A DNA stretch of 64,000 bases from Eledone cirrhosa (lineage: Eukaryota), in contig OZ024752.1 of the NCBI GenBank assembly GCA_964016885.1, positions 48,422,001-48,486,000 on the forward strand, in the 5' to 3' direction. This document shows, piece by piece, positions 1-14,677 of the stretch. Position 1 is the stretch's first letter. Each line of letters starts with the position of its first letter. The notes under the pieces are model-generated. The model made no database searches and had not been told where the DNA came from. It saw only the letters and a list, made by a program, of their open reading frames with translations. A program made the position numbers and the translations under genes.

Positions 1-1140
1 ATGTGTGTGTGTAAGTTCATATGTGTATATATATATATGTGTGTGTAAGTTCATATGTGTATATATATATGTGTGTGTAAGTTCATATGCGTATATATAT
101 ATGTGTGTGTGTAAGTTCATATGTGTATATATATATGTGTGTGTAAGTTCATATGTGTATATATATATGTGTGTAGGTACATATGTATATATATATGTGA
201 GTGTATAGGTACATATGCGTATATATGTGTGTAGGTACATATGTATATATATATATGTGAGTGTGTAGGTACATATGTATGTATGTGAGTGTGTAGGTTC
301 ACATGTGTATATATATATGTGTGTAGGTACATATGTATATATATATATGTGAGTGTGTAGGTACATATGTATGTATGTGAGTGTGTAGGTTCACATGTGT
401 ATATATATATGTGTGTAGGTACATATGTATGTATATGTAAGTGTGCAGGTTCATATGCGTATATATATGTGTGTAAGATCATATGTGTATATATATATGT
501 GTGTAGGTACATATGTATGTATGTGAGTGTGTAGGTTCACATGTGTATATATATATGTGTATAGGTACACATGTGTATATATATATGTGTGTAGGTACAT
601 ATGTATATATATGTGAGCGTGTGTATGTTCATATGCGTATATATATATATGTGTGTAAGTTCATATACATGTATATATATATATGTGAGTGTGTAGGTAC
701 ACACGTGTATATATATGTGTGTAGGTACATATGTATATATATATGTGAGCGTGTAGGTACACATGTGTATATATATATGTGTGTAGGTACATATGTATAT
801 ATATATATATGTGAGTGTGTAGGTTCACATGTGTATATATATATGTGTGTAGGTACATATGTATATATATATATATGTGAGTGTGTAGGTTCACATGTGT
901 ATATATATATGTGTGTAGGTACATATGTATATATATGTGAGCGTGTGTATGTTCATATGCGTATATATATATATGTGTGTAAGTTCATATGTGTATATAT
1001 ATATGTGTGTAGGTACACATATATATATATATATGTGAGTGTGTAGGTTCACACGCGTATATATATATGTGTGTAGGTACATATGTATATATACATGTGA
1101 GCGTGTAGGTACACATGTATGTATATGTATGTGAGTGTAT
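1..1140. repeat. Compound minisatellite, ~26-32 bp units (GTGTGTAGGTACATATGTATATATATAT and AAGTTC/AGGTTC variants), open at window start
   Basis: Direct tandem repetition with variable TA length. Confidence 0.9.
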
Positions 1141-1480
1141 ATTTATTTGTCAGCTGTTATGTTGTTGAGTTATTTTATTCTTAGAAGCAATATATGTAAG
1201 AAGCCACATTAATTCACCCCCACCAACATCTCTAATACAAAAACATATGCAAACATCTCACTATGGATTCTCTATTAGGTAAGCTTGTTTTATTGGAAAT
1301 CTCACGGTACACCCTATGAGACACTCAACCGCCATCCCTGCCCCTCAATTTTTTTTCTTTACCCCTCAGGGAAAACGGTGAGTAAATTATCCCCCACTAC
1401 CACACAACCACACTAGACAAAGAGAAAATAAACTAGAAGAATAAGCGATTAAAATATAAAGCTTTTTAATGGTAATAGTA

Positions 1481-1625
1481 GTTTCTGATTTATCCACAAG
1501 GGGAAGGGGAAGTCAATTAAATCGACTCCAGTATGTTACTGGTACTTTATTTTACTGAGCTCCGTAAGGATGAAAGGCAAAGCTAACGTTAGCAGGATTT
1601 GAACTCAGGATGTATATGGATGTAA
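1481..1625 (-). mobile_element. Decayed SINE family A (tRNA head) fragment; its head continues at ~2023-2075 after a family C insertion
   Basis: GGATTTGAACTCAG (B box, rc) and GTAAGGATGAAAGGCAAAG shared with intact family A copies. Confidence 0.65.
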
Positions 1626-1644
1626 ATAATAATAGTAATAATAA

Positions 1645-2020
1645 TCATCATCATCATCGTTTAACGTCTATCTTCCACGCTAGCATGGGTTAGACGGGAA
1701 TTGTCCCACTTGAGGCAAGATTGGTTGGGTGACCGTGTCTCGATCGTATAGGACTGTATCCGGCAGATTTCCTACGGCTGGATGTCCCTCCTAACACCAA
1801 CCACATTTACAGTGTGGACTGGGAGCCTTTTTACCATGTCTCCTATACAACCACGTTACAGTGTGGACTATTTTTTTGTCATGACACCTTCACAACCTCT
1901 TTAGTTTGGACTGGATGTTGTGGTACCAACACAACTTTACAGAGAAAGGGTGGTGTTGGTGGGAGTGGGAGGATGGAGTAGGGGTAGTGGGTTGGGGTGT
2001 ATATCTGGTTAGGAGGGGCC
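1645..2020 (-). mobile_element. Retroposon family C (SINE or LINE 3' UTR) with (GAT)n tail
   Basis: Reverse complement aligns by eye with 29490-29895, 31190-31530 and 42067-42428; tail GACGTTAAACGATGATG. Confidence 0.75.
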
Positions 2021-2253
2021 AACTGACTGTATATTCTGCAAAGCATATTGTCCGACACTCTACCGATACTGCTAGTTAATTTGTAGGCACATGACAGTAA
2101 TTTGACTGGTACATTATTTAATCAAAGTCCCAGAATTATGAAAATCAAAGTTAACCTCAACATGATTTGAAATCAAAACTTGAAGGATCGTAATGAAATG
2201 CTGCAAAGTGTTTCATCAGACAAAATAAGGATTCTGCTAATGCATTGTCTTAA

Positions 2254-2560
2254 TAATTGTTTCTACTTTTGGCACAAGGCCAGCAATTACCCAGTGTATT
2301 ACTGGTACTTTTATTTTATCAACCCCGTAAGGATGAAAGACAAAGTCAACCTCGGCATTGTCTTAATAATGATAATAATTGTTTCTACTTTTGGCACAAG
2401 GCCAGCAATTATCCCAGTACATTACTGGTACTTTATTTTATCGACCCCGTAAGGATGAAAGACAAAGTTCATCTCGGCGGGATTTGAACTCAGAATGGCA
2501 AGGGCCGTAACTCTATGCGTCAAAGCATGGCGTCCGACCCTCTACCGATACTGCCAATCC
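2254..2560 (-). mobile_element. SINE family A, full copy plus a tandem extra 3' half
   Basis: Pol III A box TGGCAGTATCGG and B box GAGTTCAAATCC on the minus strand; body CTTTCATCCTTACGGGGTCGATAAAATAAAGTACCAGT; tail GTAGAAACAATT. Confidence 0.85.
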
Positions 2561-3347
2561 TCTAACTTTTACACATGGCTAAGAATTTATAGATGGAGAG
2601 TGTCCAGCTGCAGGGTGTCCAGCGCAAGGGCCCACATTTTCTTATAATAGTGAGAGATGGCTTCTGATTTAGGCACAAGGCCAACAATTTTTTTTGGAAC
2701 GGAAGTCGATTATATTGACCCAGTGCATTACTGGTACTCTATTTTATCGACCTCATGAAGTTGAATGACAAAACTAACCTCAGCAGGATGTCCTTTTTAA
2801 AGCAATGGTTTATGGAAGAATGACCTTCCTGGTGCCAACCAATTTAGTCAGCAGGGGTATTGGGTATATTTCACCTTTGTGGATTTCCTGAAGTTCCAGT
2901 ACCTCACATTATGCTGTTGGATCTAGGACTACACACAAACACATGCATACACATACATACACACAGAGACAAACACACACACACATATATATATATCTGT
3001 TAGTCCTGGGTTCAATTGGGGGTAACCATAGTAAGTAAGATACTCAATATATGAGTCCCGTAGAAGCCATTTCTATATTAAATTTCTCTCTCTCTCTATA
3101 TATATATACATATATCTATATATAAGAGATTATGAATTTATTTGCCTTTACATATGTTTCTGTGTTTATTATAAATTGTCTACATATGCTGACTACAAGA
3201 TATATTGTTCAATCATATGCAATACTTAATTATTTATTACACTTCATCAGAAAGCTTATAGTAGTGGAATTCAACTATTTACTACACGGTAGAATTCAGC
3301 AATGGGATTTTCATTTAAGATAATAAAATAGAATGAAATATAGTCAG

Positions 3348-3422
<75 letters not shown>

Positions 3423-3602
3423 TATGTTCCGAAGAGATTGTTTTGGTAAAAACAGGAGCAAGCAGGAGAAAGCTCTCAGCATTCGTAGTTTATATTATAA
3501 ATATATATATATATACATTTTGGTTTACAAACATGAGTAAAAGAGTGCTTAATACCAAAGTAGAGTGTATTATATATTTATTATATTACTGTGACATCTT
3601 TT

Positions 3603-3657
3603 TGTTACTACTCTGAGTTTCATGGATTGCAGTTTATTTAGCTGTGTGTATCTTCAG
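3603..3657 (-). ncRNA. Degenerate hammerhead-like motif (PLE-type remnant)
   Basis: rc: CTGAAGA...GAAA-CTC-A-GAG-TA; core and stem III present, stems I and II poor. Confidence 0.35.
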
Positions 3658-3701
3658 ACAGATGACTGAAGCCAGTAATAGAAAAAGAGTACAAGAATAT
3701 A

Positions 3702-3779
3702 CAGGGTGTCCCACAAAAATGTGTACACATTTTAACAGAATTCTAATCAAAGTGTGTATACATTTTTTGAGACAACCTG
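3702..3779. mobile_element. 78-bp Tc1/mariner-type MITE
   Basis: Imperfect TIRs CAGGGTGTCCCACAAAAATGTGTACACA / TGTGTATACATTTTTTGAGACAACCTG with TA on both sides. Confidence 0.8.
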
Positions 3780-3917
3780 TATGTATGTATATATAATATA
3801 TATATACATATATAATATATATTATCGTTATCATCACTGTTTTGACGTTCGCTTTTCCTTGCTTGCATGGGTTGGTCATATACACATACATACACACATA
3901 TATATATATATATATAC

Positions 3918-4040
<123 letters not shown>

Positions 4041-4124
4041 TATATTCTCCATTTTATTTAGTAGAACTCATCATTATTATTACTATCATTACCGCTGGTG
4101 TTGTTATTGTTAATATTATTATTA

Positions 4125-4159
<35 letters not shown>

Positions 4160-4601
4160 CTGTCACTCTTTTAATGGTCAATATCAATGGAACGAGGGTA
4201 TTTGAAGTCTCAAACACTTTGGAAGATTCATCTGTGTTTAGCAATGCAGTGATGTTGTCTTTTCAGTTTGTTGTTTGTTTGTTTGTTTGTTTGTTTGTGC
4301 CAAACCATTATTACTACCACCATCACCATTTTTATTATTATTATTACTACTATTATTATTATTATTATTATCATTATTATTAGTATTGTTATGGACATGC
4401 TGTTTGCATCAACCCACCCGCATTGCAATGTGCCTCACCCCTGCACATATCAACATGCTTAAACGCACATCTAAAAATGCCAAGCTAAGCTGACAGCCCA
4501 GCCTACCATAATCTCCACCCCCACCCACCCAGCAACAACCACCACACCACACCACACTATCATAAATCTATCTGATATGTATACATGTGAGTGCATGTGT
4601 A

Positions 4602-4659
<58 letters not shown>

Positions 4660-4858
4660 TATGTATATATATATATGTTTAATACATATATATATATATT
4701 TTGATGTAAATATATATATATATATATAGATATATATAAGTATGTATATATATGCATATATATATATAAGTATGTATTTTTATATATATATATATATGCA
4801 TATATATATATATATATAAGTATGTATATATATGCATATATATATATATATAAGTATG

Positions 4859-4892
<34 letters not shown>

Positions 4893-4986
4893 TATATATA
4901 TATATATATAAGTATGTATATATATATATATATATATATGCATATATATATATATATATATATGCATATATATATATATATATATG

Positions 4987-5052
<66 letters not shown>

Positions 5053-5054
5053 TA

Positions 5055-5196
<142 letters not shown>

Positions 5197-5503
5197 CAAA
5201 GTTCTTATCAAAAGATATTGTACCAGTCTGTTGTTGGAATATTAATAAGCAAGGAATATCAGGCAGTTATTAAACTGAGCTAACTTCAAATGATGTTAAG
5301 TGCTTACATATATGTGAGTGAATATATATATGCATGTATACTTATATATATATATGCATGTATATATATATATGTATATATGTGTGTGTATATTGATATA
5401 TGTATGAGGTCGGTGTAAAACGATTTGGCAATTATATCTCTCATATATATATACCTCTCTATGTACAAATTGTTTTACAGATTTTTACCCTTGCTATATA
5501 TAC

Positions 5504-5579
<76 letters not shown>

Positions 5580-5661
5580 AGATATATATATATAGATTGA
5601 GATATATGTCTATATATATATATATATATATTTACACACACACACATATATATATATATAT

Positions 5662-5731
<70 letters not shown>

Positions 5732-5969
5732 AGATATAAGCTAAGGTTTCATAAATTTTCCTTCATTGCTTCCATTTTTGATGGGCCTCACCAAAAAACA
5801 GTTAGATAATACATACACTGATACATACACACATATACATATATATGCACGCACATATATATATCTATATATACATACATATAGACACACATACGTACAT
5901 ATATATATATACATTCATATATATTTATACACATTTAAATACATATATACACATATATTATATATATAT

Positions 5970-6003
<34 letters not shown>

Positions 6004-6348
6004 GTACATACATACATATACATGTGTATATGTATGTATACGTTTACAGATATATAAATACATACACACATAAATACATTGATAGATAGATACATACATA
6101 CATACAAACACATACGCACATATATACATACATACATACACACACACACATACATGTATACATACATACGTACACACATAAATGCATTGATATATAGATA
6201 CATAGATACATACATACAAACGTACATATACACATGCAGACATACATATGTACGTACGTACACACACATGATGATGGCTGCCCCCCTCGTTATCGAGTAT
6301 GGCCATTGCATGAGAAAAAAAAAAATTATTATTGTCACACACACATAC

Positions 6349-6389
<41 letters not shown>

Positions 6390-6553
6390 TACATAAGTAA
6401 AAGAAGGTTGTAAATATAAGAAAATGAGAAAGAAGGAGGTAATGGGACAGCTTAGTGAGTGTTAGACAGGAGCAAACAATGTGCAGCTTTTAATAAAGTG
6501 AGAAGAATAAGTTTTTCACTGCACCATTGAACAAAACAATTACACTAAAACAT

Positions 6554-6594
<41 letters not shown>

Positions 6595-6742
6595 GGCACA
6601 TATATGCATAGGCCAATAGACATACACACGTACATACATATAGATATATACATAGGCACATACACTGATGAATAAGTATAGATTCATCTATATGAAAATG
6701 TTTATATACATATATATATAACTATATATATGTATATATATG

Positions 6743-6816
<74 letters not shown>

Positions 6817-6919
6817 TACATCATCATAATCATCATTTTACGTCCATCTTCCATGCTAGCATGGGTAATTATATATATATGTATGTGTGTATATCATATA
6901 AGTATACATACATATATGT

Positions 6920-6966
<47 letters not shown>

Positions 6967-7073
6967 TCCATACAGATATGTATACATATTTATATATATA
7001 TATATATATTTATATAATATATAATATATATATACATACACACACACACACATATATATATATATACATACAT

Positions 7074-7131
<58 letters not shown>

Positions 7132-7358
7132 CTATATATACACATACCCATATGTAGGTGTGTGTTTGTGTATCTCATCAAAACACTGCGGACATGAAAA
7201 ATAGGGACATGAAAAAATGTCTATCCCCTTATACTCTGGCTCATAGACTTTTGATGTGATTGCTTATATACATTCCTACACATACATGCACATAGAAATC
7301 TGTGTATGTATGTAGGCATGTATATATATGTATCCATGTGTGTGTATATATATATATA

Positions 7359-7408
<50 letters not shown>

Positions 7409-7474
7409 TATATATAGTGTATATATATATATATATACATACATACATACATACGTGTGTCTATGTATGCATAT

Positions 7475-7549
<75 letters not shown>

Positions 7550-7609
7550 TATATATATAGTGTAAATATATATATACATACATATATACGTGTGTCTATG
7601 TATGCATAT

Positions 7610-7654
<45 letters not shown>

Positions 7655-7722
7655 TGTATATATGCATACTTACACACACGTATGTATGTATATATATATA
7701 TATATACTTACACACACGTATG

Positions 7723-7754
<32 letters not shown>

Positions 7755-7810
7755 ATAAAAAAACAATGCACTAACAGGTAAAAAGCTATTTATGATCTTT
7801 ATCATACATC

Positions 7811-7894
<84 letters not shown>

Positions 7895-8124
7895 TGTTTG
7901 TGTGTGGATATGTAGTTGTGTGATGTGTGTATATGTGTACGAGCTATTGTTACCAATATATGAATGAATATAAATGCATGTTCATAGATAAAAAAATATG
8001 GAGGCACTTCCGATTGTGATGTTGAAGCTTGGAAAATATATTAGACTGATGTTGTTTCTAGGGCTTACCTCATTTAGGCTGTCTTCCTAAAAAACATTGC
8101 CATCACAATATCATGTTTATATAA

Positions 8125-8710
8125 TGGTGGTGGTGGTGGTGCTGGTGGTGGTGGTGCTGGTGTAGTGTTGTGGTGGTGGTGGTGGTGGTGGGGGTATTAC
8201 TGGTGGTGTTGGTTGTTGGTAGTGGTGGTGGTTGTGGTGGTGGTGGTGTTGGTGTAGTGTTGTGGTGGTGGCGATGGTGGTGGGTGCATTGGTGGTGGTG
8301 GTGCTGGTGGTGGTGGTATTGGTGGTGGTATTGGTGGTGGTGTTGGTGGTGGTGTTGGTGGTGGTGTTGGTGATGGTGGTGGTGGTGGTGGTGGTGGTGG
8401 TATTGGTGGTGGTGCTGGTGGTGGTGGTATTGGTGGTGGTGGTATTGGTGTTGGTGTTGGTCGTAGTAGTAGTAGTGGTGGTATTGGTGGTGGTGTTGGT
8501 GGTGGTGGTGGTGATGGTGGTGGTGGTGGTGGTAGTTGTGGTATTGGTGGTGGTGATGGTGGTGGTGGTGGTGGTGGTGGTGGTGGTGGTGGTGGTGGTG
8601 GTGGTGGTGGTGGTATTGGTGGTGGTGATGGTGGTGGTGGTGATGGCGGTGGTGGTGGTGCTGGTAGTTGTGATGGTGGTGGTGGTTGTGGTGGTGGTGG
8701 TGTGGTGGTA
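8125..8710. repeat. (GGT)n degenerate microsatellite, followed by (ACT)n at ~8812-8872
   Basis: Direct inspection. Confidence 0.95.
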
Positions 8711-8827
8711 GTTATTGTTGAGAGGCCCCAGAGGAAGGGTGTGAGAAGTAATATCTTATATGAAATTCATATTTTGTTTTAGGGGCCATTCATCAAACAA
8801 CAATGATGGTGACTACTACTACTACTA

Positions 8828-8873
<46 letters not shown>

Positions 8874-9148
8874 GATGATGATGATTATAACTAAGGTATA
8901 GATGTAGATGATGATACTAATAATATATACAATGTTAACAAGATTGATAACATTAATAATAATAATAACATAATAATAACAACAATAACAACAACAGCAA
9001 CAACAACAACAACAAAAATACAAATATTAACAATGATAATAATATGATATAATGGTAATAATAACAAACAGCCATTGATTTTATAACCATGCAGTACATT
9101 GATGGCTTACTTCAAATAACATAATAGGCAAAATAATATATATGTACA

Positions 9149-9260
<112 letters not shown>

Positions 9261-9329
9261 TATATATAATTTACGTAGACAACGGAGCATATATAGAGCT
9301 TATATTCAACACTATATTTTTGTTTATAA

Positions 9330-9376
9330 CGCTCTGATGATTCCTACCCCACGGTATGGATGAAACATTGTCAGCG
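9330..9376 (+). ncRNA. Minimal type I hammerhead ribozyme in a TA-embedded island (~9268-9420)
   Basis: CGCT-CTGATGA-T-TCC-TACC-CCAC-GGTA-T-GGA-T-GAAA-CA-T-TG-TC^-AGCG; stem I CGCT/AGCG, GUC site, AATAAA directly downstream. Confidence 0.8.
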
Positions 9377-9455
9377 AATAAAAATTGTTTGAGTATATAG
9401 GCGTTCTTTGATTTCTTTTATCTCTCTCTCTATATATATATACATATATATATAT

Positions 9456-9502
<47 letters not shown>

Positions 9503-9508
9503 TATATA

Positions 9509-10558
9509 CAACACATATGTGACGCATGTGGCCCTCAGACAACACATATGTGACCCATATGGCCCTCAGACAACACATATGTGACCCATGTGGCACTCAG
9601 ACAACACATGTGTAACCCATGTGGGCCCCAGACAACACATCTGTGACCCATGTGACCCTCAGACAACACATCTGTGACCCATGTGGCCCTCAGACAACAC
9701 ATCTGTGACCCATGTGACCCTCAGACAACACATGTGTGACCCGTGTGGCCCTCAGACAACACATATGTGACCCATGTGGCCCTCAGACAACACATGTGTG
9801 ACCCATGTGGCCCTCAGACAATACACCTGTGACCCATGTGACCCTTAGACAATACATATGTGACCCATGTGACCCTCAGACAACACATATGTGACACATG
9901 TGGCCCTCAGACAACACATATGTGACACATGTGGCCCTCAGACAACACATATGTGACACATGTGGCCCTCAGACAACACACGTTTGACCCATGTGACCCT
10001 TAGACAACCCATATGTGACCCATGTGACCCTCAGACAACACATGTGTGACCCATGTGGCCTTCAGACAACACATCTGTGACCCATGTGACCCTCAGACAA
10101 CACATGTGTGACCCATGTGACCCTTAGACAACACACCTGTGACCCATGTGGCCCTCAGACAACACACCTGTGACCCATGTGACCCTCAGACAACACATCT
10201 GTGACCCATGTGGCCCTCAGACAACACATCTGTGACCCATGTGGCCCTCAGACAACACATCTGTGACCCATGTGATCCTCAGACAACACGTGTGACCCAT
10301 GTGGCCCTCAGACAACACATCTGTGACCCATGTGGCCCTCAGACAACACACCTGTGACCCATGTGACCCTCAGACAACACACCTGTGACCCATGTGACCC
10401 TCAGACAACACATCTGTGACCCATGTGGCCCTCAGACAACACATCTGTGACCCATGTGGCCCTCAGACAACACATCTGTGACCCATGTGGCCCTCAGACA
10501 ACACACCTGTGACCCATGTGACCCTCAGACAACACATATGTGACCCATGTGACCCTCA
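9509..10558. repeat. 31-bp minisatellite (ACAACACATATGTGACCCATGTGGCCCTCAG), ~34 copies
   Basis: Period of 31 read from positions 9541/9572; few variant positions. Confidence 0.95.
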
Positions 10559-10584
10559 GGGGGACCATCAGTTTGACATGCCTG
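10545..10584. mobile_element. Probable terminus of a hAT (Charlie-like) DNA transposon or MITE
   Basis: TGTGACCCTC...AGTTTGACATGCCTG; rc CAGGCATGTCAAACT resembles hAT-Charlie TIRs; followed by GTCTAC. Confidence 0.5.
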
Positions 10585-10922
10585 GTCTACGATATTGGGC
10601 TCAGGATCAAAAAATTGTGCTTTTAATTTCTGAATCAGTGGGCAAATTATGCTCTTGAGCAAGACACTTCATTTCATGTTTCACAAAGTCTCTCAGTTGA
10701 TAAAAAAATAGGAGTGCTGGTAGTAACTGAGGGTTAAACTTATGATAGACCAGCATCCCTTCTAGGAAGTGGGTCTTATACTCTCAGTTTCTTAATGCCA
10801 ATGAAACTGGGGTAAAGTTTAACCTGATGAGCTTCTCGGGATAGAAAGAATTTCACTTTTAAATTTTAAGTTTACGAAAAAAATCAAGAGAAGGAGTTAT
10901 AATGAAACCAGAGACATTACCC

Positions 10923-10998
10923 AATAAACTCTGTTACAAAGAATAAACTCTGTTACAAAGAATAAACTCTGTTACAAAGAATAAACTCTGTTACAAAG
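10923..10998. repeat. Perfect 19-bp tandem x4 (AATAAACTCTGTTACAAAG)
   Basis: Direct inspection. Confidence 0.95.
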
Positions 10999-11413
10999 GA
11001 CCTAAGAAGTAGTGTTAAGCGTTTTGATGCCAAAACTCCAAAGACCAACCCTGGTTCTATGAAACAATACCAAACATTTTAACCCTTAACACCTTGTAAT
11101 GATTTAGCAGAAAATGAAAATATCTAAAAATTGGTTTGCTAATTTAAATGCTTATAATATCTTTACTAGTGGACAGATTGTTGTGAAAATCTGAAGTATT
11201 AGAATAAAGACATTAAATGTTAATATGATGAAATCATAATCTTGTTTTATATATTTTCAGAATATTTTATTACTGTGGTTTCATGCAGCAATGATTTTAA
11301 GAGTTAAAGGGTTCCTATTTAAATCAAATTTTTTCCAACACAATTTGATATATATAATAACTAAATTATAAGAACCTTGTGTTATATTAAAACTACCATC
11401 TTAATAACAAATT

Positions 11414-12020
11414 AATTGATAATTTTAGTAAATCCTTTCACATTCTTCATTAATGACTTGAAATATAATGTATTTCATTAGAAATATGATCACCAAAGGG
11501 TTAAAGTGAACGACAGATTAAAGTCTATGTTTACTAAAGCTAAGTTAAGCAAGAACTAACCAGTTACAATAAGGATGACCATTAGAAAGATAACAACATC
11601 AATAACTATTGTGTTTTAAGACTAACTAGAAAATTATTCAAATCTTTAAGACTCACAGTTATAGAGAGAAATTAAGACAGGCAAAATTTTTCAGGCATTT
11701 TGTAAAAAAAAAAAAAAAAATTAAACAACAACAAAAATAATTGATAATTTTAGTAAACCATTCCAAATTCTTCATTAATTATTTGAAAAGCAAAGTTTTT
11801 CATTAGAAACATGATCACAAAATGGGTAAGCGAGACAAGAGATTAAAGGCTGTTAGCTAAAACTAAGCTGACCAATTGCCAGTTAAAATAATGACAACAT
11901 CAACAATATAACTGTTGTATTTTAAAACTAACTAGACAATTATTTTAAAGTTTTAAAAAAAATAAAAGTCATAGTTATAGGCTGAAATAAACACAGGCAA
12001 ACTTTTCAGGCATTTTGAAA
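11414..12020. repeat. Diverged ~325-bp direct duplication, each unit including a piggyBac-like MITE 3' end
   Basis: AATTGATAATTTTAGTAAA...TTCAGGCATTTTG at 11414 and 11739. Confidence 0.75.
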
Positions 12021-13066
12021 AAATAATAATAAAAGAAACAAAAGTGAAATTACAGAAACACTTACGATTATGCCATTACAATTGATTATTCACAAGTTTT
12101 TATCAAATATGTTATTATAAAAAAAAAAAATAATAATCAAATTTTTTTTTAAAATGGCCTAATTAATTGACAAATATGATTTGAAAAAAAAAATTTCCTG
12201 AGAATTTTTATTTATTTATCTATTTATTTATTCATTTATTTTAGATAATTTTGCATTTGTTTCTATTTCTCTAAACCCTCATCAAAACTCCCCATCCAAA
12301 CACCTCAACTCATCACAACTCCTCCCCACCAAAAACACCCCCCAAAAAATAAAATAAAATAAAATAAAATTTCAAAACATACCAATATATATGAAAGAGA
12401 ATGTTTTACTAATCCATTGAAAATTTATTTTTATCTTTTTCTATTTCTTCATTTTGGGGAGCTTATATATCACCATCTTCATCATCATCACCACCACCAC
12501 CACTGCCCTCGCCACCACAACTGCCCTCATCATCACCATCACCATCACCACAACTACCCTCACCAACACCACGACCACGACCACAACTGCCCTCGCTGCC
12601 ACCCCCATTACCACAACTGCCCTCACCAACACCATCACCTCCATTGTCATCATTCTAATCATTGTCATAATCATTAATGCCACCATCATCATCATCAACA
12701 TCGACATTGTCATCATCACCATCATCATCATCATCAACATCATTATCACATATTTATTATAATATTTTTTCTTCTCTGTTAGTTTATTTTTAAGTAATTA
12801 TGGTCATTTTATGGGTAAAACAAAATTGATTTCCAGAAAAATCATTCACTTTTCCCCCGAAAAAAACTTTTTAATATTCTTTGTTTCATTTTTATATTTT
12901 TATTTTATATTTTTTATGTATTTTTGTTTTTGATTAATTCTCTTGATAGTTTTTCGGTAAAACATAAAATTTCGATAAACCATTTTTAGGCATATTGTTT
13001 CATATTAATGGCTTTCTTTCCATATAATGCACCCCGCCACACTACACCCATCATACCTCCCATCAC

Positions 13067-13097
<31 letters not shown>

Positions 13098-13224
13098 CCA
13101 CCACCATCAACACTAGCAGCAACAATACCCCAACCACAACCACACCAAGTTAAAACTAAAATAAAATTTTTAAACATAAGACAGAAACCTGCTAAAAATT
13201 AAATATAATATATTGTATACATAT

Positions 13225-13256
<32 letters not shown>

Positions 13257-13411
13257 TTACACACATATATATATATACATATGTGTGTATATATGTATAT
13301 ATATATATATATGTATGCATATATATATATATATACACATATATATGTGTATATATATGTATATATATGTATATATATACATTTACACACACACATATAT
13401 ATATATATATG

Positions 13412-13449
<38 letters not shown>

Positions 13450-13652
13450 TTTAGCAGGAAAACAAAAGAGGCTTAGTATATGTAGAAAGTGGAGAGAGTG
13501 TGTGAAAGAGGAGTGGAGGGGTTTAGAAAGTAAAAAGAATGTCGTTTTTTCTGGCAGTACTAATTTTTATTCAAAATATAATGAACGTAATTCAGCTAAA
13601 TACATTGATCAAAATAAAATGGAGATTATTTTTATAGACAAATACGATATGA

Positions 13653-13684
<32 letters not shown>

Positions 13685-13978
13685 ATAATATAAACTCATG
13701 AATCAAGGGGTGGTGGAGGAGGAGGTAAATTTGAGAAAAAAAAAAATTTTTTTTGAATTATTAAAAACCACAAAAAATAAAAAAAAAAACCTACATTTTC
13801 GTGTAATTTCAATAACACCAAAAAAACAAACAAACAAAAACATATGAATACATATCAACAACAACAACAACAACAACAATGGTGATAATAATAAATTATG
13901 ACAACAACAACAACAACAACAATAATTAAAAAAACAATGATCGTAATAATGTTCACAATAACGCTAACGTTAAAAACA

Positions 13979-14019
<41 letters not shown>

Positions 14020-14046
14020 ACAATAACAACAATAACAACAACAATG

Positions 14047-14110
<64 letters not shown>

Positions 14111-14564
14111 TAATAATAACAATAACATCAACAGCTAAAAGATGAATAAATGTATAAACATATAAATACAGAGAAGTAAATTGTAAGAATGAAAGATTTT
14201 GAAATAAAGGAGGTAAAAAAAAAATAACAGTAAATATTTTTTTCAATATGTTTGTTGTTTGTTGTTTGTGTTTCTTTGTTTTGTTTTTTGTTACAAAGCA
14301 ACAAGAAGTAAGCACAAGGGATGCTTAATTTTCTATTTTAATCAATCAAAACTTTCTTTACACCTTCTTACACACATATGTATATATATACATGTGTATA
14401 TATACATGTGTATATATACATGTGTCTATATACATATATACATGCATTTATATACTCACATACGCATATGTATATTCACACACATACGTGCAGTTATATA
14501 CTCACATACGCATATGGATATATACACACATACACACATACACATATGTATATATATATATATG

Positions 14565-14595
<31 letters not shown>

Positions 14596-14646
14596 AGTAA
14601 TAATAATAAAATTGAAGACTAAAATCCAAATTATTTTAATAAATTA

Positions 14647-14677
<31 letters not shown>

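Noticed and set aside
1185-1278. Possible small plus-strand exon (TTCTTAG...TAG|GTAAGC); other acceptor-like sites at ~29097, 43484 and 44471
   Set aside because: No recognisable peptide and no consistent exon chain
9509-10558. 31-bp array as a CRISPR
   Set aside because: Contiguous units with no unique spacers, eukaryotic context, no cas genes
10781-10856. GAAAC...CTGATGAG...GAAAG as a hammerhead
   Set aside because: No consistent stem I, stem III or cleavage triplet; lies in a decayed SINE tail
12066-13188. Possible minus-strand exon (acceptor-like TTTTTAGCAG, donor GTAAGT at ~12065)
   Set aside because: No coding frame, and splice-like motifs are common in AT-rich DNA; needs RNA-seq
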